Positions 1 through 9,825 of a DNA stretch of 64,000 nt are shown one piece after another. The position numbers were made by a program, and so were the translations under genes. The stretch lies in IMG/VR virus record IMGVR_UViG_3300017971_000203; one strand, written 5' to 3'. Below the pieces are notes generated by a model that saw nothing but the letters and a program-made list of their open reading frames with translations, searched no databases and was not told the origin of the DNA. How positions within the stretch are numbered: the stretch's first letter is position 1; every line of letters starts with the position of its first letter. Source of the DNA: a virus.

Positions 1-112
1 TCTTTACAGCGTTCTCTATAGGAGCTGTACCAGGCCCGGATTTTTTTGCTCTTGTCTCGTTTCTTTCTCGGACGGTTGCGTGGTCTTCTCTTCCTGTTAC
101 ATCTGTCCTTCT

Positions 113-754
113 TCATGCTGTCTCCCGAACGGTGACTCTTCGATTGCAGGCATCCCGGACGATGCGCACAAGGTTCCAGTCGTGCGGAGTCCCCACCAAC
201 GAATGAAAGAGCAGGGCCCGCACGTCTTCTCGAAGAAGACGCCCGGCCGCTACTTCTTCCTGGATCCGGTTTCCAATGTCGAATGCGAGGTCTTCCACCT
301 CTTCCGAAGAGAGGCGTTGCCTATTCCGAGACGCCCGTAGGAGCGCCCTGGAGAGCTCCGAGGTCATCTGTCCCAGATACCGCATGTAGTCCAGGTCGAC
401 ATCTTCGTAATCCCTGCCCCCTATGTAGAGCTCGGTGGCGCCGCTCACGTTCTGAGCTTCCATGTCTGGAAGCACTGTTTCCCCCATGACCTGGTCGTAG
501 ATTTCTTGGGCGAATTCAAGGTCGCCCTGGATGAGCGTTGCCCTGTAGAGATAGTCTGGCAGGGCCCTGTCTCCCTTCGCGGTCGCTTCCTCCAACATGA
601 CGCGATAGAGGGGCTTCACTCCTTCCCAGCCCCAGGCCTCGATGGCGTCGGTGTTGTGTCGCAGAAGTTCTTTCTGAGCCCACTCTCTGGCATAGTGGTC
701 CCCTTCGCAAAGGGCCCGCCGGAGGCGCCCAAGTCGGGCTTTGTCGTCCAACAT
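113..754 (-). CDS. Hypothetical protein with shared N-terminal RL..L...GD..A motif
   Basis: ORF with protein-like composition; start overlaps the upstream stop (TGATG). Confidence 0.7.
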   Translation of the reverse strand: MLDDKARLGRLRRALCEGDHYAREWAQKELLRHNTDAIEAWGWEGVKPLYRVMLEEATAKGDRALPDYLYRATLIQGDLEFAQEIYDQVMGETVLPDMEAQNVSGATELYIGGRDYEDVDLDYMRYLGQMTSELSRALLRASRNRQRLSSEEVEDLAFDIGNRIQEEVAAGRLLREDVRALLFHSLVGTPHDWNLVRIVRDACNRRVTVRETA

Positions 755-1125
755 CACAGCTTCCTTTCGTCCACGAGGCCACACGCAACCATGAGCTCTA
801 CTGGGATCTCGTTGTCAACCCGGTGCTCCTGTGCCGGTGCGTCTTTGGTCTCGGAGGGCTTCGGTCGTGGGGGTGGTACGAACTGGTCGACGAGTTGCTC
901 CCTGGGGATGATGTCAAACCAGTAGTACCCCTTCCGGTCCCTGATGCGCCCGGTCCACTGGGTGCCGTAGGGGTCCTCGATTGTCCAGACCCCCTTGCGG
1001 GACCACCGCTTCGCAATGTGGATGGCCTGAAACTCATGGATCCAGATGTCTCCAGGAATGAGCTCCGTGTACGTGATGCGCTCCGTGTAGAGCATCGGGA
1101 GCAGCTCCTCGATGCGCATACTCAT
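754..1125 (-). CDS. Hypothetical protein
   Basis: MSMRIEELLP...; TGATG coupling at both ends. Confidence 0.65.
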   Translation of the reverse strand: MSMRIEELLPMLYTERITYTELIPGDIWIHEFQAIHIAKRWSRKGVWTIEDPYGTQWTGRIRDRKGYYWFDIIPREQLVDQFVPPPRPKPSETKDAPAQEHRVDNEIPVELMVACGLVDERKL

Positions 1126-1205
1126 CAGATCACCTCGTAGAGCAGGAACAGCAAAGCCAAAATCACTGCCGCCCCAAGAATACTCAGTACGATGTCCTTC
1201 AGCAT
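1125..1205 (-). CDS. 26-aa single-pass hydrophobic peptide
   Basis: MLKDIVLSILGAAVILALLFLLYEVI*; SD-like GGGGG upstream; not in ORF track. Confidence 0.6.
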   Translation of the reverse strand: MLKDIVLSILGAAVILALLFLLYEVI

Positions 1206-1220
1206 GACAACCCCCGAAAG

Positions 1221-1316
1221 AGGTCTCCCAGGGATACGCCAACGACACAGAAGGTCGGTACGGAGGGCGAGGTGGAAGCACAAACTCTCCGTATGGATGC
1301 GCTCCCTGGGAGACCT
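1221..1316 (-). ncRNA. Putative structured leader RNA
   Basis: Perfect 14-bp inverted repeat AGGTCTCCCAGGGA/TCCCTGGGAGACCT enclosing TACGGAG/CTCCGTA stem, starting at the predicted TSS. Confidence 0.45.
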
Positions 1317-1322
1317 GTCCTG

Positions 1323-1351
1323 ACCTTATACGGTTATGTGCGGATTGTCAA
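1323..1351 (-). promoter_or_regulatory. sigma70-type promoter
   Basis: TTGACA-17-TAAGGT. Confidence 0.75.
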
Positions 1352-2109
1352 GCACCTTCTGGCGGGTTGTTGTGGGTGTGATCGCGCTCCTCGTCTCTCA
1401 GAGCGAACCAGCAGTCCATGATGTAGGCGCCTTCGGTCTCATCGTCGAAGACCCCCTGTGGAAACGTGTCCGGGCACCGGTCCACCTCTTTGGTTGAGTA
1501 CTCCAGGAAGTCCCGTGTCCTCGGGTCGTGAGGGAGATCCTTCACGAAACGTTCGTTGTGGCCCCAACCCTCTCGAGCGGCGCGATCGAGCCTCGCCCGG
1601 TCCCCGGTGCGGGGCACAGAGGGCGCTCCAGCGGTCAAGCAGCGCTCGACCTCTTCGCCTTTATCGTTGAGCAGGCGGTACGCGCGCGTGCGCGGGAGGA
1701 GGCTCCTGAGCCCGTCGTAGTAGCCCTGTGCGTAGGACTTCCGGCCGGCGGCGCCCACGATGTCCATCCACTTCTGAGCGCCTGGCAACCATGCTTGCAC
1801 TTGCCACATACCTGTCATGGTTTCGAACTCCTCTAGGAGCACATCCCGTCTTGCGAGAGCGGGCAGGACGAGCTCTTCTACGGCAGATTGGAAGGCGCCT
1901 CGCAGACCGTCAGCGCGACTGTAAACGTCTTGGCACAACGAAGCCGGATCCCCAAAGTCGAGGACCGCTCGCCACTGATCAGACGGCTCTCCCCAGAGAG
2001 GGTGCATGGAGAGGATGAACCGGAGATCCCCCGCTCTCCCGTGGCGCATGTAGTCGCACTCGAAGTCTTTCCAGGACGAAAACCACACCAGCTTCTTCGG
2101 TCTTGCCAT
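1348..2109 (-). CDS. Hypothetical protein
   Basis: 253-aa ORF in operon. Confidence 0.65.
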   Translation of the reverse strand: MARPKKLVWFSSWKDFECDYMRHGRAGDLRFILSMHPLWGEPSDQWRAVLDFGDPASLCQDVYSRADGLRGAFQSAVEELVLPALARRDVLLEEFETMTGMWQVQAWLPGAQKWMDIVGAAGRKSYAQGYYDGLRSLLPRTRAYRLLNDKGEEVERCLTAGAPSVPRTGDRARLDRAAREGWGHNERFVKDLPHDPRTRDFLEYSTKEVDRCPDTFPQGVFDDETEGAYIMDCWFALRDEERDHTHNNPPEGA

Positions 2110-2121
2110 GCACGCGCCTGA

Positions 2122-2409
2122 TCAGTGGACGGTTCCACCGGAATCGTCCTTGGCAAACAAAGAAACGGCCTCGGTCAGCTGCTGGGCGTCCAGGAAAACA
2201 CGCAGGAGCGCCTTGTACTGTTCTTCCGGTATGAGGTTCTTCAGCTCCGACTCGACACTGGTGGACAGGGTCCGAAGCGCGATGGCGCTGCCTACGAGCA
2301 CGATCGGCCACGGGATTCCTCTCTTCAAAAGCTGTTCGACAAACTCCTGATGGCACGCTGTGAAGGCTTTCATAACGGCCTGCATTTCGTGCTTCTCTTC
2401 CGGTGTCAT
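2122..2409 (-). CDS. Hypothetical protein
   Basis: MTPEEKHEMQ... after SD GAGGGG. Confidence 0.6.
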   Translation of the reverse strand: MTPEEKHEMQAVMKAFTACHQEFVEQLLKRGIPWPIVLVGSAIALRTLSTSVESELKNLIPEEQYKALLRVFLDAQQLTEAVSLFAKDDSGGTVH

Positions 2410-2635
2410 GAGCCCCCTCAGTCGAAGACCGGTTCGATCTCGTCCGGCTTTGCAAAGACCCGGCTCAGGTGAGGTCCCTGGGTGAGAACCACCCAGGGAG
2501 TGCCCTCCCGGTTCGGGCTGGCATACCGAGCATGGAGGACTTTCCACACGCGCCCCTGGTACTTCACATGGAGAAGCGGCAACCCGTGCTGTTCGGGATT
2601 GTCCACGATCTCTATGGTCTTCGGCTTCTCGTCTT

Positions 2636-3166
2636 CTACCATGGGTACGGCTCCAGGACTTCGGCGTCTTCGTAGTTCTCGTGCCTCTTTTCGATCTCCC
2701 GCTCCTGCTCCTGGGCTTTCTCGAGACACTTTCTCGAGCAGACAGCGTCGCGTCCGGTCCACTGGCTATTGTGCCAGAGCGGCCACTCGTTCTCACAGGC
2801 ATCGATGTGCTTGCGGCAGACCGTGCAGGAGCCCACGACGTTGGGCACGAAGTCCTTGCACAAGAAGGCGAGGGCGCGATTGTATGCGGACTCATTGTCC
2901 CAGGATTTCACCATCCCTTCAACGAACATCATGAGCTCTTCGAACTCATCCGAAGCGTCGTCGTCACGGTCGAGGTCACAGTAGCAGTGGTAGGGCACTG
3001 CAGGGGACCACGGGTCTTCCTGGTAGCCGCCGTCGTGCGCCGCATGAACGCACTGCTTACAAGAGCGGCAGTCACCCTTGCGCCGGAGCTTCTTCTGGAG
3101 CTCCTCGAGCGCGACACCGTCCCCGAGAAGAACGAGTTTGCGAAGTCTATCATGGTCCTGCTGCAT
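2636..3166 (-). CDS. Cys-rich hypothetical protein with shared N-terminal motif
   Basis: CxxC pairs; SD GGAGGGGG. Confidence 0.7.
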   Translation of the reverse strand: MQQDHDRLRKLVLLGDGVALEELQKKLRRKGDCRSCKQCVHAAHDGGYQEDPWSPAVPYHCYCDLDRDDDASDEFEELMMFVEGMVKSWDNESAYNRALAFLCKDFVPNVVGSCTVCRKHIDACENEWPLWHNSQWTGRDAVCSRKCLEKAQEQEREIEKRHENYEDAEVLEPYPW

Positions 3167-3205
3167 CGCCCCCTCCGTTGGTGGCAGCCTCTGGGAACTG
3201 TTCGT

Positions 3206-3234
3206 ACCTTATCAGGACACCGAAGGATTGTCAA
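3206..3234 (-). promoter_or_regulatory. sigma70-type promoter
   Basis: TTGACA-17-TAAGGT. Confidence 0.75.
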
Positions 3235-3549
3235 GAACCCTTTCGAAAGAGGCCTTCTCTCAGCTCACCCAGGATCTCGGCGGCCTGGGAGTAGAGGTCG
3301 TCGGTGGGGGTCTTGTCGGAGTGGAGCTGTGCCGGCTCGGACTCGGTGCCCCAGCGCTCCAACCCCTGGGTCTCCCGGACGTCTTCGATGAGTTGTTGGA
3401 TTCGGCTCATGGTCTCTCCCTTCAACGTGGGCTACTTCAGAACATGCTCTCTCCACCCTACCGGAGGGGCCTGCGGCGCGTCCAGTCTCCCCAATCTTTA
3501 GCGCGCGCATGTGCGCCCGGCGTGCGGGCGTGAGGGTCGAACGATCGTT

Positions 3550-3897
3550 TTACGATCGTTCGGCTTCGGACTGGAAGCCGCCTTCCGCCTCCCAGTTCCG
3601 AGCTTCTTGTTTGGCCTCCGTAGCCCGAGCTCTCTCTTCGGCTTTGCGCACCCATACGACCAGCTCTCGGACAGAGTCCCGGGTCAGTTCTTCGAGGACC
3701 AGCTGGGCGAAGCCGCCATCTTCGTAGGGACCGGCCACGAAGACGGCTTCGCACCCGTCACGTTCGACCCTGATGACCGCCTTCTCTTCTCCGAACTGCA
3801 TCTGGCGGAAGATGGTGAGTGCGTAGAACGTCTCATCAGGTATGAAGAGAGCGGTTCCCTCTCCGATAATCACGGTTCGTTCGGCTGTGTCTGGCAT
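3550..3897 (-). CDS. Hypothetical protein
   Basis: MPDTAERTVII... after AGGAG. Confidence 0.6.
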   Translation of the reverse strand: MPDTAERTVIIGEGTALFIPDETFYALTIFRQMQFGEEKAVIRVERDGCEAVFVAGPYEDGGFAQLVLEELTRDSVRELVVWVRKAEERARATEAKQEARNWEAEGGFQSEAERS

Positions 3898-4391
3898 GTT
3901 CCATCTCCTTGTAGCATTTGAATGGCCTTTCGGACGTGCTTGTCCTCGAGCCCTTTTTCCAGGCTGGTCTGTACAAGGCCCCTGCCCACAGGCCTCATGT
4001 CGCTGCCATCGTCGAGGATGACGAAGTGCGTCACCTCGGGGTGCAGCTCCAGCCACTCTCTGATTTCGTCGCCCCTTTGGCGGCTGACCATGGTGGGGTC
4101 GTTCCCGGTGCGTCCGATGATTTCCCCGGTGACACCGATCCCCTTGAGAATACCCTTGAGCGCTTCGTGCTCGTGGAAGAGCCGCCAGGCACTGGAGATG
4201 ACGATCTTTGCTCCGGTGGTGTTCGTGATCCGGTTCAACAGAGGAACGTGACGCACATCCAGCTCCCGTTCGGGGTGGTCGTTGAAGGTCTCCCAAAAGT
4301 CGTCCCGCTGGTTCGGATACTCCCGCTCGAGGCGCCGCCACATCTGCATGCTGTTGAGCACCCCGTCGATGTCCAGGAAGAGCACTTTCAC
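3870..4391 (-). CDS. HAD-family phosphatase (Swiss Army Knife RNA-repair type)
   Basis: VLFLDIDGVLNS, IVISSAWR, RGDEIREWL, FVILDD. Confidence 0.85.
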   Translation of the reverse strand: MKVLFLDIDGVLNSMQMWRRLEREYPNQRDDFWETFNDHPERELDVRHVPLLNRITNTTGAKIVISSAWRLFHEHEALKGILKGIGVTGEIIGRTGNDPTMVSRQRGDEIREWLELHPEVTHFVILDDGSDMRPVGRGLVQTSLEKGLEDKHVRKAIQMLQGDGTCQTQPNEP

Positions 4392-4524
4392 TTTTTCCTC
4401 CGTTTGCGCTTCCGGCGGCGAGCCGCCCGGGACGGGAACTTCAGCTGGAAGATCACGCACGCGCCCGCGCGGGTGAGACCGCACTGGTAGGTCTCTTTGA
4501 AGAACCACCCTTTCCTGCGGTCGC

Positions 4525-4986
4525 TCACGTCTTTTCCTGCTCCCGGATGGCCTTGATGGTGCTCTCGATGTGCTCTTCGATCAGGCGGTCGTAGACCAGT
4601 CGGGCAGTGTCCCCGACAGCGCTCCAGGAGCACGTGGGACAGTAGAGAGTGTAGTTGTCGTGAGGTTGGCTCTCTTCCATGACTCCCTTGCACCTGGGAC
4701 AACGCCGGAGCAGGAAGTCCCGCTCGTAGGCGCAGTCCACGAAGCCCTTGTTGGCCAGGACCGACACGATGCTGAGGTGCAGCTTCTTGACGAGCCCGTT
4801 GGGGACGGATTCCTCGAAGAGAAAGGTCTCCCCGGCGTTGACCACATGGAGCACGATGTCCTTGGCCTCTTCCAGGTCGGAGGCCCGTACTTCAATGCGG
4901 AAGACCCCGCCCCTGGGAATGAACACCGCGCTGTTGTAATCCGTGCGGATCACGGTGTAGGGCTCTTTCTCGGCTGTCATCTTCAT
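4525..4986 (-). CDS. Zn-ribbon hypothetical protein
   Basis: CPRC...CPTC. Confidence 0.6.
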   Translation of the reverse strand: MKMTAEKEPYTVIRTDYNSAVFIPRGGVFRIEVRASDLEEAKDIVLHVVNAGETFLFEESVPNGLVKKLHLSIVSVLANKGFVDCAYERDFLLRRCPRCKGVMEESQPHDNYTLYCPTCSWSAVGDTARLVYDRLIEEHIESTIKAIREQEKT

Positions 4987-5291
4987 GGTTCACCTCCTCT
5001 CGATTCCGAGAGGTTGGGCGGCTTCGTAGCCGTCACGTGTGTTCCGCATTTCCAGCAGTACTGGAAGTCTCGAGGGCTGCCGTTGCTCAACCACGCGAAC
5101 TCCAGCACCACGCCGCAGTCCGGGCAGGGCTTTCCTGACACCCCCGAACTGTACTGGTAGCGCAAACGCTCCGCGCCGTCCTTCAGGGCCCTCCTGACTG
5201 TGGAGCTCCGGCTCGCCCCCATGGCCGCTGCGAGGGCGTCCAGGGCGTCCAGGAACTCGTCCTCGACCACGATGTGGATGCGCTTGCTCAT
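4983..5291 (-). CDS. Ribbon-helix-helix (CopG-like) plus Zn-ribbon protein
   Basis: MSKRIHIVVEDEFLDALDALAAAMGASRSSTVRRAL; CPDC...CWKC. Confidence 0.7.
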   Translation of the reverse strand: MSKRIHIVVEDEFLDALDALAAAMGASRSSTVRRALKDGAERLRYQYSSGVSGKPCPDCGVVLEFAWLSNGSPRDFQYCWKCGTHVTATKPPNLSESRGGEP

Positions 5292-5607
5292 GGTTCCTCC
5301 TTCTCTACCCAGGGCGTCCAGATGTGCGGCGGCAGCCGGTGTGCGAGCTCGTAAGGCTTCTGCATCGTCAGGATGATCAGACGCCCGGAGAGGTGGTGGA
5401 GATAGACCGCCAGGCGGCGCAAGAAGAACTTCGTACCGGCCCGCAAGAGGCCTCTCGTGACGATGTACTTGAGCGGACGACACACGTACTTGGGGGGCAC
5501 TCCGTTCAAGATGAGCACTTTCGGCCGCTTCCCCATGCGCCTCTCCATGCACTTGGCACACGCACAGGGGGCGTCTCTCGAGCGCTCCGTGTGGACGTAC
5601 TCGATTT

Positions 5608-5982
5608 TCATGGCTTCGTGTCCTTGCAGTCGGGGTTGACGGCGTCGAACTTGATCACCTGACCCCCTGGATAGGTAAGCGTGACCTCCATGGACGGAGC
5701 GGGCCCGACCGGGTACCCGTCCAGCGTGACATACGTGACGTAGAGTCGGTTCTCCTCCGTCTGCGCTGCCAGGACGCAATAGCGGGCGTTGTACGGCTTA
5801 ACGTGGATGTAGGCGTCGCCAAGGTCCACAGCCATACCGTCCGCTTCGACCACCGAGATGGTCGCGTGTCCTGATTGCTTCTCCCGGTTGTTGCGCTTCC
5901 GCACACGATCGAGCTCCCACTGGGCAGAAAAGTCGCCGCCTTCGGCCAGCTTCCGCAGTCGTGCGAAGTCGTTGAACTTCAT
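5608..5982 (-). CDS. Hypothetical protein with shared N-terminal motif
   Basis: RLRKLAEGGDFSAQWEL. Confidence 0.7.
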   Translation of the reverse strand: MKFNDFARLRKLAEGGDFSAQWELDRVRKRNNREKQSGHATISVVEADGMAVDLGDAYIHVKPYNARYCVLAAQTEENRLYVTYVTLDGYPVGPAPSMEVTLTYPGGQVIKFDAVNPDCKDTKP

Positions 5983-6494
5983 GTTTCAAGCTCTCGAAGT
6001 CGGAGGGGGTTGGTTTCGACTCTCTTCATGCCTTCCAGGAGCAGGTCCCGGAGCGCGTCGTACATCTCACTGTCCCGTTCCTGGAGCGCGTGCAGACAAC
6101 GCTTGCAGGGAGGTCTCTGGCCCTCCTTGGGCTCCCTCCCGGTACCCTTCCACCACGGCCAGCTCATGTCTGCGGGGACGAAGTGAATCCACTCCCCGTT
6201 GATGGGATCTCTCCTACACATCGTGAGGTGCTTTCCGCCGATATCGCACAGGTGTCGGGAGTGGTTGGATCGTCCGATCCACTTCAACTTCAGGCCCCGT
6301 TCCCAGGTCGCGTAGTGCACGAGGACCTCCCGGATTGCCATGGCCGAAGTGGCCAGGTCAGTCATCGCTCGGTCCAGGGAAGCCAGGGCGACCTCGTTCA
6401 CCTGGCCCCTGCGCACGAGCGTGATCAACCTGTAGGCCGCTTCCACATCCCCTTGCTTGGCCAATTCGAGCAGTCTCTCGTGCTCTCTCTTCAT
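5979..6494 (-). CDS. Hypothetical protein with shared N-terminal motif
   Basis: RLLELAKQGDVEAAYRL. Confidence 0.7.
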   Translation of the reverse strand: MKREHERLLELAKQGDVEAAYRLITLVRRGQVNEVALASLDRAMTDLATSAMAIREVLVHYATWERGLKLKWIGRSNHSRHLCDIGGKHLTMCRRDPINGEWIHFVPADMSWPWWKGTGREPKEGQRPPCKRCLHALQERDSEMYDALRDLLLEGMKRVETNPLRLRELET

Positions 6495-6841
6495 CGGATC
6501 CTCGTTTCCAGAAGCCGGATGAGCTCCCGGGCAGCCTGGGGCCGAAGCATCAACTGCAAACGAGCGCCCTTCATGTTGACCCGTCTCGCCTCCACCTCGA
6601 TCTCAAAGCGCCCCAGGAACGTCTTGATGCGGTCTCCGTCGTTCTTCAGCGATGCGTCGCAGGGGCGGTACACCACCTGCTTCTTCGTCTCGGGCTCGTA
6701 GTAATAGTGCTGGTAGCTATACGTCCCGTCGCGTCTTCGGACCTTCACGCGGACGGGGTCCCGCAGAAAACCGCAGAAGTAGCAGCGGTCTCTACCCTCG
6801 AGAGCCTTGGACTCCCAGGAATGGTGGATCTTGTCAGCCAT
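6491..6841 (-). CDS. Hypothetical protein
   Basis: ATGA overlap with next gene. Confidence 0.55.
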   Translation of the reverse strand: MADKIHHSWESKALEGRDRCYFCGFLRDPVRVKVRRRDGTYSYQHYYYEPETKKQVVYRPCDASLKNDGDRIKTFLGRFEIEVEARRVNMKGARLQLMLRPQAARELIRLLETRIR

Positions 6842-7339
6842 TGAACGATGCCTTGAGCCGCGCCACGGTCCGCCTCATGAGAGTGCACTCATCACAATGT
6901 CCGTGGATGGGTACGAAGCCTCTCTCCCTCCTCAGTGCGCAAGCTGAACACAAGAGCTCCGAGTCTGGAGACCTCGGGGGAGGCGCTGGAGGGCGGGGTC
7001 GTTCCTGTTCCGGGTCTGGGAAGAGGTACTCACGGAGGTTCGCGCCGTAGGGGCTGCTGTACAGGAGCTGACGGAGCTCACTGCGAGGAACCCCGAGCGC
7101 TTCCAGCTCTTATATACGCTGCGGATTTCCGAAGAGGGCTTCTTCGGCCCGGGCCATGCGGTCCTGGAGCCTCTCATGGCGCATCTTGAGATCCGCCAGC
7201 TCGTAAACCACCTCCGTTATCCAGTTGGGATGAAGCACGCCGCCGCGCCTCAGCTCGGCCTTGAGTTCTTTCTGGAGGGTCTGGTCGGAGATCCTCTTGA
7301 AGAGCGCCTCGAGCCGCTGGATGTGCTGTACGCCCTCGT

Positions 7340-7912
7340 TCACGATCCCTCCTCCATGTCGGCTTTCGTGACCCCTTCGAAGGGGTCGTACAGCTTGGTT
7401 CCCACCGCCTGGATGCCGCACCGGAACACCACGCCCCAGCCGCTTGTCGTCATCGGTGTCCACACCCAGCAGTAGGGCGCGAACACGATGATTCGGACGG
7501 TCGTATCTTTGCCGGTCGCCGTCGCTGCCACGCCGATGTGACGACTCTGTGTCCCGATGGACAGGTTGTTGAGCCGGGTCTTGTCTTCCGTTCGTCCGTG
7601 CAGCCTGTAGGACTGAGCCTCCAGGGAGTAGGCCGAAGGGAGCCCGGGGACTTCTGGTGACAGTATGTGGAAATAGGACTCCGGGAGAATTGCCTCGTAG
7701 TCGCTCTGGTACCACACCTCGTCACAGCTCGCCGGAACCACCACGCGGTCTATGGGGAATCGCATGGGGATCACCAGCACGTTGTCCGTGAAGTACAGAG
7801 ACCGAACGAGGTAGTAGACGTCGCAGTCGGGAACAGGCTCCACCCCGTGCAGGCGCATGGCCGCGTGTGTCGCGAGGACCTGCTTTTCGAGAGCTTCGTG
7901 GTCGACGCTCAT
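7340..7912 (-). CDS. Hypothetical protein
   Basis: 190-aa ORF in operon. Confidence 0.65.
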   Translation of the reverse strand: MSVDHEALEKQVLATHAAMRLHGVEPVPDCDVYYLVRSLYFTDNVLVIPMRFPIDRVVVPASCDEVWYQSDYEAILPESYFHILSPEVPGLPSAYSLEAQSYRLHGRTEDKTRLNNLSIGTQSRHIGVAATATGKDTTVRIIVFAPYCWVWTPMTTSGWGVVFRCGIQAVGTKLYDPFEGVTKADMEEGS

Positions 7913-7916
7913 CGGG

Positions 7917-9236
7917 TTACACCTTCGTGAAAAGCCACTTGCGGGCGGCTTCTGCGATGCCCTTGGCGACTTGCTTCCACTCCAGTCCGGCCACTTCGAG
8001 CTCGGCTTCGCTCTCCTTGATGACGTCGGCGTTGAAGGCCTTCAGGAAAAGCCCGGTGCCGCGCTTCGTTGGAGCCTCGTCACCGAACACCTCCCCCAGG
8101 ATCTGCTCGCACCGGGCCTCGGTCACGAACATCTCGACGAAGCCTTCGATGCTCTCGGCCACCTCCGGTGCGATCTGGACCGGGGCCTTCTGCTGCACCA
8201 CAGAGTGCTTCTCACCCTTCGTCTTGAACATCAGCTCATGCGCCGGAAGGTACCACGGGAGTGGGTCACCGTTCCCACAGGACACTGGATACCAAACCAA
8301 CCCCTCGCCGACGCCCGAAATGCCGAACGTCTCCTTGACCCAGGTGTCCTCGGCCTCGACGCGCCTCACACAGCCCGCCATGAAACGAGCGTTCTTCTCC
8401 AGGGACTCGCTACTTCCGAAGTCAATCTCCACATAGGAGCTGTACCAGGGCAAGATGAACACGTCCGGGTGAGGCTGGGAACAGAGCGTTTCGATCACGC
8501 CCGGCTCCGTCACCATCTCCGCCTCGTGGTCGAAGCCAACCTGGACGCCGAAGACCACGAAGATCTTCCGGTCGAGCTTCGAAACTGCCATACCCCGCTG
8601 CACACCGGGGCCGCACCACTCTCCGAAGAACGTGAGAGGCTTCGGAGCACCGAGATACTGCTCCCAGTAGTCCCGGTTCTTTTCCACCCAGGCCCGGAAG
8701 CCCTTGTTGTCCTTCACCTCGGGCGTGAGGATACACTTACGGCTCTGCGCCGTAATCCGGCCACCGGCGATCTGAATCGCAGCGTTCGTCCCATGGAGCT
8801 TCACCTTGGCGCAGTAGGACACAACAGGAGGCTTGTACTCCGCACCGACGTGCTCCGCGATCCCCTGAAGGTTCCGAAGCACGTTGTGCAAGAGCTCGAT
8901 CGCTGGCCACTTCACGTGTCGAGGCTTCGTCTTCGGGGAGTAGTCGTCGTGACAGAAGAATTCCGTCAGGTCCGCTCCCTCCTCGTGGTCGGCCTTGTTC
9001 AGGATCATCCCGTAGGACGCCAGACCTCTGAACTTCGCTTTCTTCACCTCGGTACCGTCCCGCAGGATAGCACCCGGGAGCGCCACCGCGACGAGCTCCC
9101 CCTCCTCGTAGATGTGGTCCGAGTTCGCCACCACCTGGACCAACTTCGAATCACCCACAGCGAGGTCGTACACCCAGAGCGTGTCCGCGTTCGGGTGCTT
9201 CTTCCGGGTCTCTACTCGCATCGCTTTCACTGGCAT
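7917..9236 (-). CDS. RNA ligase (Rnl2/DraRnl-like) with N-terminal tRNA-binding OB domain
   Basis: KHPNADTL...VALPGAIL...FRGLASYGMIL (PheT/EMAP-like); ligase motifs KVKLHGTN, FGEWCG, GEGLVW, FKTK. Confidence 0.88.
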   Translation of the reverse strand: MPVKAMRVETRKKHPNADTLWVYDLAVGDSKLVQVVANSDHIYEEGELVAVALPGAILRDGTEVKKAKFRGLASYGMILNKADHEEGADLTEFFCHDDYSPKTKPRHVKWPAIELLHNVLRNLQGIAEHVGAEYKPPVVSYCAKVKLHGTNAAIQIAGGRITAQSRKCILTPEVKDNKGFRAWVEKNRDYWEQYLGAPKPLTFFGEWCGPGVQRGMAVSKLDRKIFVVFGVQVGFDHEAEMVTEPGVIETLCSQPHPDVFILPWYSSYVEIDFGSSESLEKNARFMAGCVRRVEAEDTWVKETFGISGVGEGLVWYPVSCGNGDPLPWYLPAHELMFKTKGEKHSVVQQKAPVQIAPEVAESIEGFVEMFVTEARCEQILGEVFGDEAPTKRGTGLFLKAFNADVIKESEAELEVAGLEWKQVAKGIAEAARKWLFTKV

Positions 9237-9825
9237 TGTCCATCTCCTTCTTGTTGGGGACACCCCCACCAACGCCCCGTGCTGCCCGGTGTACCCTAGT
9301 CTTCGGACCCGTCTTTCGGAGCGTACTTCTGAGCCAGCCGAGCCAGCTCCTCCCGTTCTTTCTGCTCCTTTGCCTCGGCCTGCTGCTTCTTGAGCTCCTC
9401 GAGCGAGGTTTTCCGAAGCGCCCTCACATCGAAGGTCCAGATCGCTCGGGCCTCGATGAGCTGCGCAACTTCGATGATGCTCTCATTCCGCGTCCAGCGG
9501 TCCCTATGTGCGCCGAGGAGAGACCATTCCGAGAAGTTGTAGTGCTCGAGCACGTAGGCCTCGGCCTCTTCCATGGTGTCCATCGGGAGCACTTCGAGGC
9601 ATTCGTTGCAGCCCCAGGGCGCGTGCTTGCACCCCTGGTCGCCCTTGATCCGGAGCAGAAACCGGTGCTCTGGCGGCTCGGGCTCAGGCGACTCGGACTC
9701 TTCTTCTTCTTTGGCCCGCATCTCTATCTGACCGATCCACTTCAGGATGCGCTTCAACCAGGTTCTGTCCTGGGTGCCCCAGTGGCCGAACTCCAGCTCT
9801 TCTTCGATCCGCTCCTCGAGCTCTT

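Noticed and set aside
3538-3562. 11-bp perfect inverted repeat as terminator
   Set aside because: Overlaps a stop codon and has no U-tract; single occurrence, function unsupported.
7857-9299. Long plus-strand ORFs (also 27995-29482, 53751-55004, 13195-14121, 22942-24096)
   Set aside because: Antisense shadows of real minus-strand genes in high-GC DNA; no motifs.
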